A stretch of DNA of 64,000 nucleotides. Origin: Spirochaetia bacterium. GTDB lineage: Bacteria > Spirochaetota > Spirochaetia > UBA9216. The position numbers and the translations under genes are program-made. Within the stretch, counting starts at the first letter, position 1, and every line of letters begins with the position of its first letter. Below the pieces are notes generated by a model, which worked only from the letters and a program-made list of their open reading frames with translations, searched no databases and was not told the DNA's origin. This document shows, one piece after another, positions 60,847 to 64,000 of this stretch. The DNA lies in contig CAXXYH010000003.1 in assembly GCA_963677925.2 (NCBI GenBank), positions 1,248,001 to 1,312,000 of the forward strand, written 5' to 3'.

Positions 60847-61902
60847 CTACTCCGCTCTGTAAACATATACAGTTATAACGGCATCCGGGTTATCCGGATC
60901 TTCGGCATAAATATCTTCGAGCACTCCGCTCATAATAATCTTTGCTTCCCCGTCAACTGAACAGTCATCCAGAGTGTCAGCATGATCGGCCCAGGCTGAG
61001 GCACTTGCAGAACTTCTTATAACCTTGATTTCATCAGGCTCAACTTCAAATGAATAGTCCACTGAGGATGGAACAGTAATTGAAGTATCTCCTACCGATG
61101 CTGAGCCCGCAAATTCACCGTCGCTGGCGGATGTATCACCATCTACTCCATCGTTCACATCCATGCTTCTGCTTAACACCGCATGCCCTGCAACTTCATA
61201 TCCTGCCTCAGCGCCGTCCAGCTGCAGATATTCAACCCTTGATTCACCATAGGGGCCGAGATATGTATCCCAGACAGCAACTGAAAATCCGACCGAAGCA
61301 CCGGCCTGTGCGTCAAAGGCTTCATCACCCTCATTGCTGATGGTAAATTTTACAAAGCCGCTTATGCTTAGACTTCCGGAAAACTGTATACGGGTAGTCG
61401 CAGACTTGTTTGATACGGCTCTAATTATAAGATCGTTACGGGCATGTCCTGAATTACTGCAGTCAAAGTCGGAAGAGAGACCGCTTTTTGTAGATGATTC
61501 CTGAGAAGCATAGAGCGCCATAGCTCCGACGGCGTTAATTTCCGAAGTTGCCTTGATAATGCACGAATTATAGTTTACGTCCTCATAGTTAGAGCCGGAA
61601 GCAAGTGAATCTCCGCCGTCCGAAAGCGTAAGAGAGGTATCGTTCCAAATGGTGTCACTTGGTGAATAGCTTTTTGCGTAGATATAGGTATCATACGGAT
61701 TGTCCTTCCAGTTTTCATGGAGTTCACCGGTAAACACGACATTATATCCGCTGGTGTCCGTCGGACTTGTTGTCCCGGTACTGCTGCTGTCAGTATCAGC
61801 GCCGTCCGGTGAGGTGACGGCATTTGGGTCACAGCCTGTAATAACCGTCAGGCTGCCTGCTAAAAGAAGTAAACTTAAAATAAATGAAACCCGTTTTGTC
61901 AT
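60847..61902 (-). CDS. Hypothetical Ser/Asp-rich lipoprotein
   Basis: Lipobox VITGC and Ser/Thr linker; SD AGGAG. Confidence 0.8.
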   Translation of the reverse strand: MTKRVSFILSLLLLAGSLTVITGCDPNAVTSPDGADTDSSSTGTTSPTDTSGYNVVFTGELHENWKDNPYDTYIYAKSYSPSDTIWNDTSLTLSDGGDSLASGSNYEDVNYNSCIIKATSEINAVGAMALYASQESSTKSGLSSDFDCSNSGHARNDLIIRAVSNKSATTRIQFSGSLSISGFVKFTISNEGDEAFDAQAGASVGFSVAVWDTYLGPYGESRVEYLQLDGAEAGYEVAGHAVLSRSMDVNDGVDGDTSASDGEFAGSASVGDTSITVPSSVDYSFEVEPDEIKVIRSSASASAWADHADTLDDCSVDGEAKIIMSGVLEDIYAEDPDNPDAVITVYVYRAE

Positions 61903-62006
61903 AATTTTTCTCCTGTAACGGGTTAATTATAGTTCAGATAATATACATTCTATTATTTATAAGACGTTTCTGTACAAAAACGTACGGAAACGAGTTGTTG
62001 AGTATA

Positions 62007-63662
62007 TCAGGAATTACGTCTTTCCATTACATAGCAGCTTCCAACCTGTTTTTTGGCCAGTTTTTTCAGTTCTCCGCAGCGGTTTGAGACCTCGAGATAA
62101 TGCTTAAAACTGAATTTACTTAATTCAACACCTGCCATACTCAGACCGATAAGGGGAAAGCGCTGCATTACGCCCTCCCTGTTTTTTTCTTCTATATACC
62201 CCTGTTTAAGATGGTCGGCATTATAAAATTTTCTGATTCCCGAATCGAATTGTTCAGCTATCAGCGACGAGGTCTCTTCTGCATGAGTTTCCGGAATAAC
62301 ATAAATGAAATCATCGCCTCCGATATGGCCGCAGAATGAAAGCTTTGAAGGGAATCCGCCTATATAACTTTTTAAAAGATCTGCAGTGAATTTTATTACT
62401 TCATCTCCCATTGAAAAACCGTATAAATCATTATAGGCCTTGAAATTATCAAGGTCGGCATAGACAACTGTCACAGCCTGCCTTTTATCTATCAATGATT
62501 GTACACGGCTGTTAATTTCGGTATTACCCGGTAATTTCGTCAGAGGATTCGCATTAAGCGCACGCATTCTAAGCTTGTTTATCCATAAAATCAGGTAAAG
62601 AAAAACAATAAATGAGAGTATCAAAATAAGCAGAATTATCGATATAGTATATACATAGGGACTGAAGGCGGCCGAGGCATCAAGCTCCATTACAACTCCG
62701 GCATTCAGACTTTCCAGCCAGAATACTCCTCCTTCAACCCTTAAACCGGAATAATTTTTATACAAATGTCTATTACGGACAAGTTCTCCCGGGTGTTCTT
62801 CAATCAATTGCTTTACGAGTGATATATTGCTTTCTCCGTTTAGAGAGGATGACCAGGAAGGATTGTAGATTGGTATATCATGATAATTACTGCTTATTCC
62901 GGCTTCGGTCAGTCTCTTCTGATATTCCGCTGCATAGAGCAGTTTTGTGATTGGCCTTCCGTATTCATCTATAAAATAAAAATCAAGTTTTTTATATATC
63001 GTATAAAAACCTTCATTGCTCCCAGAATCTGAAAGCTCGGAATCCTGCATATTGAACCCGAGCATTTCAAGGTTAATTTCATTCACAAGATAACCCAGTA
63101 CTTCCTTCTCTGAATCAGTAACCTGCACAAAAATTACAGCAAAAGTGTTGTCCGGACCTCGTCCGAATGCAGGGGGCTGATGATTAACAACAATGAAAAG
63201 ACCGTCTGTATGCCCATCTGCAACCATTACCCTGATTTTATCAAACTCTGGGTAGCTAACCCGAGGGCCCTGGTCGACACCTGCAATCACAAAAAAACCG
63301 TCTCTTGAAATAAGCTTTATCGGGATAGGCATTTCTGAAAAAAATATTGGTTCTCCGCCCGAAGTCTCAACATAGTTTGCGTTTCTTTCAAAATCTTTAA
63401 AAAATTTATGTACCGGCTCAAATCCGGCAATAGTTTTCATACTGTTGATATTATCTTCTATAAACCTTTCCGAAGCATTTTTAGTGTGCAGATAGATATT
63501 GTTGAAATAAATATTCAGATTTTCATCACTATTCTTTTTTAGAATCAGGTAGGAGATAAACAGAAAAACAATAATTAATATAACTGAAAGAAGAATAAAT
63601 CTTAGAAGCAGCCTGAAGGGATGCAGATTTTCAAGTGTATCGGTTCGAGGAAATTTCTCCAT
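62007..63662 (-). CDS. Membrane sensor diguanylate cyclase-like protein (GGDDF)
   Basis: Two TM helices, ANPLTKLPGN, DLDNFKAYND and GHIGGDDF. Confidence 0.88.
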   Translation of the reverse strand: MEKFPRTDTLENLHPFRLLLRFILLSVILIIVFLFISYLILKKNSDENLNIYFNNIYLHTKNASERFIEDNINSMKTIAGFEPVHKFFKDFERNANYVETSGGEPIFFSEMPIPIKLISRDGFFVIAGVDQGPRVSYPEFDKIRVMVADGHTDGLFIVVNHQPPAFGRGPDNTFAVIFVQVTDSEKEVLGYLVNEINLEMLGFNMQDSELSDSGSNEGFYTIYKKLDFYFIDEYGRPITKLLYAAEYQKRLTEAGISSNYHDIPIYNPSWSSSLNGESNISLVKQLIEEHPGELVRNRHLYKNYSGLRVEGGVFWLESLNAGVVMELDASAAFSPYVYTISIILLILILSFIVFLYLILWINKLRMRALNANPLTKLPGNTEINSRVQSLIDKRQAVTVVYADLDNFKAYNDLYGFSMGDEVIKFTADLLKSYIGGFPSKLSFCGHIGGDDFIYVIPETHAEETSSLIAEQFDSGIRKFYNADHLKQGYIEEKNREGVMQRFPLIGLSMAGVELSKFSFKHYLEVSNRCGELKKLAKKQVGSCYVMERRNS

Positions 63663-63714
63663 ACAGGTCAATTCTAAGATCTATAAGCATTATTTGCAAA
63701 CCTAAGTTAGACTC

Positions 63715-64000
63715 TTAAGTATTAACTCCTGATTTTTTTTCACTGAAAATAACAGGGGACAGTTTCACATACCAGGAGGAAAGCTGTATCTGGATGATGT
63801 AGCCAAGTGCTATAATTAAAGCAATATCCGCCCCTTCCCTTCCGAAGGTTGTCATGGCTATTGCCAGGGCTATGGAGAGATTTCTGAGTACTGTACCGTA
63901 AACCAGAGCCAGACCGTCTTCCTTGTTAAAAAAGCGTTTTGCAGTAAATGTGCTGATAACCAGATTTATGAAATAGAGAATCAACAGCGGCGGTATAAGC
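63715..64000 (-). CDS. C-terminal part of an Acr3/bile acid:sodium symporter family protein (starts beyond the window)
   Basis: ALVYGTVLRNLSIALAIAM..IALIIALGYIIQIQ; the frame is open to the window edge. Confidence 0.8.
   Translation of the reverse strand, partial: LIPPLLILYFINLVISTFTAKRFFNKEDGLALVYGTVLRNLSIALAIAMTTFGREGADIALIIALGYIIQIQLSSWYVKLSPVIFSEKKSGVNT

Noticed and set aside
1-64000. CRISPR arrays, rRNA, IS elements and known riboswitches
   Set aside because: No regularly spaced repeats, rRNA-like sequence, transposase ORFs or riboswitch consensus were recognised by eye; an Rfam scan was not possible.

Overview
Gene-dense window of a bacterial chromosome, probably a free-living anaerobic spirochaete. 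This is inferred from the lipoprotein signals, the 'FAGGSQE'-type SBP start, a DUF4032-like protein and tRNAs lacking an encoded CCA. Contents from left to right: a truncated sensor diguanylate cyclase; an 8-gene minus-strand operon (HutP-family antiterminator, UAG-rich attenuator, family III CoA transferase, MadL/MadM malonate transporter, four-subunit Na+-pumping acyl-CoA decarboxylase); housekeeping genes (RecQ, SOD, L28, Nth, DtxR-family regulator); tRNA-Pro and tRNA-Arg followed by a small tRNA-derived element; an AT-rich accessory block (DUF4384 protein, WD40-PDZ-caspase lipoprotein, CX5R phosphatase, ADP-ribosylglycohydrolase fused to a MavL-like macrodomain); a GH78/GH3/beta-PGM glycoside operon; ABC and MFS transporters; an esterase/methyltransferase cluster with a CoA-transferase remnant; a sigma54-type promoter before an orphan SBP; an MCP; a YesMN plus sugar ABC locus; and another diguanylate cyclase. 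The two most notable items are (1) a HutP-type RNA antiterminator apparently re-purposed to control a CoA-dependent, ACP-independent malonate-decarboxylating Na+ pump and (2) a DraG-like ARH fused to a Legionella MavL-like macrodomain. All family calls come from motif recognition by eye; no searches were run.
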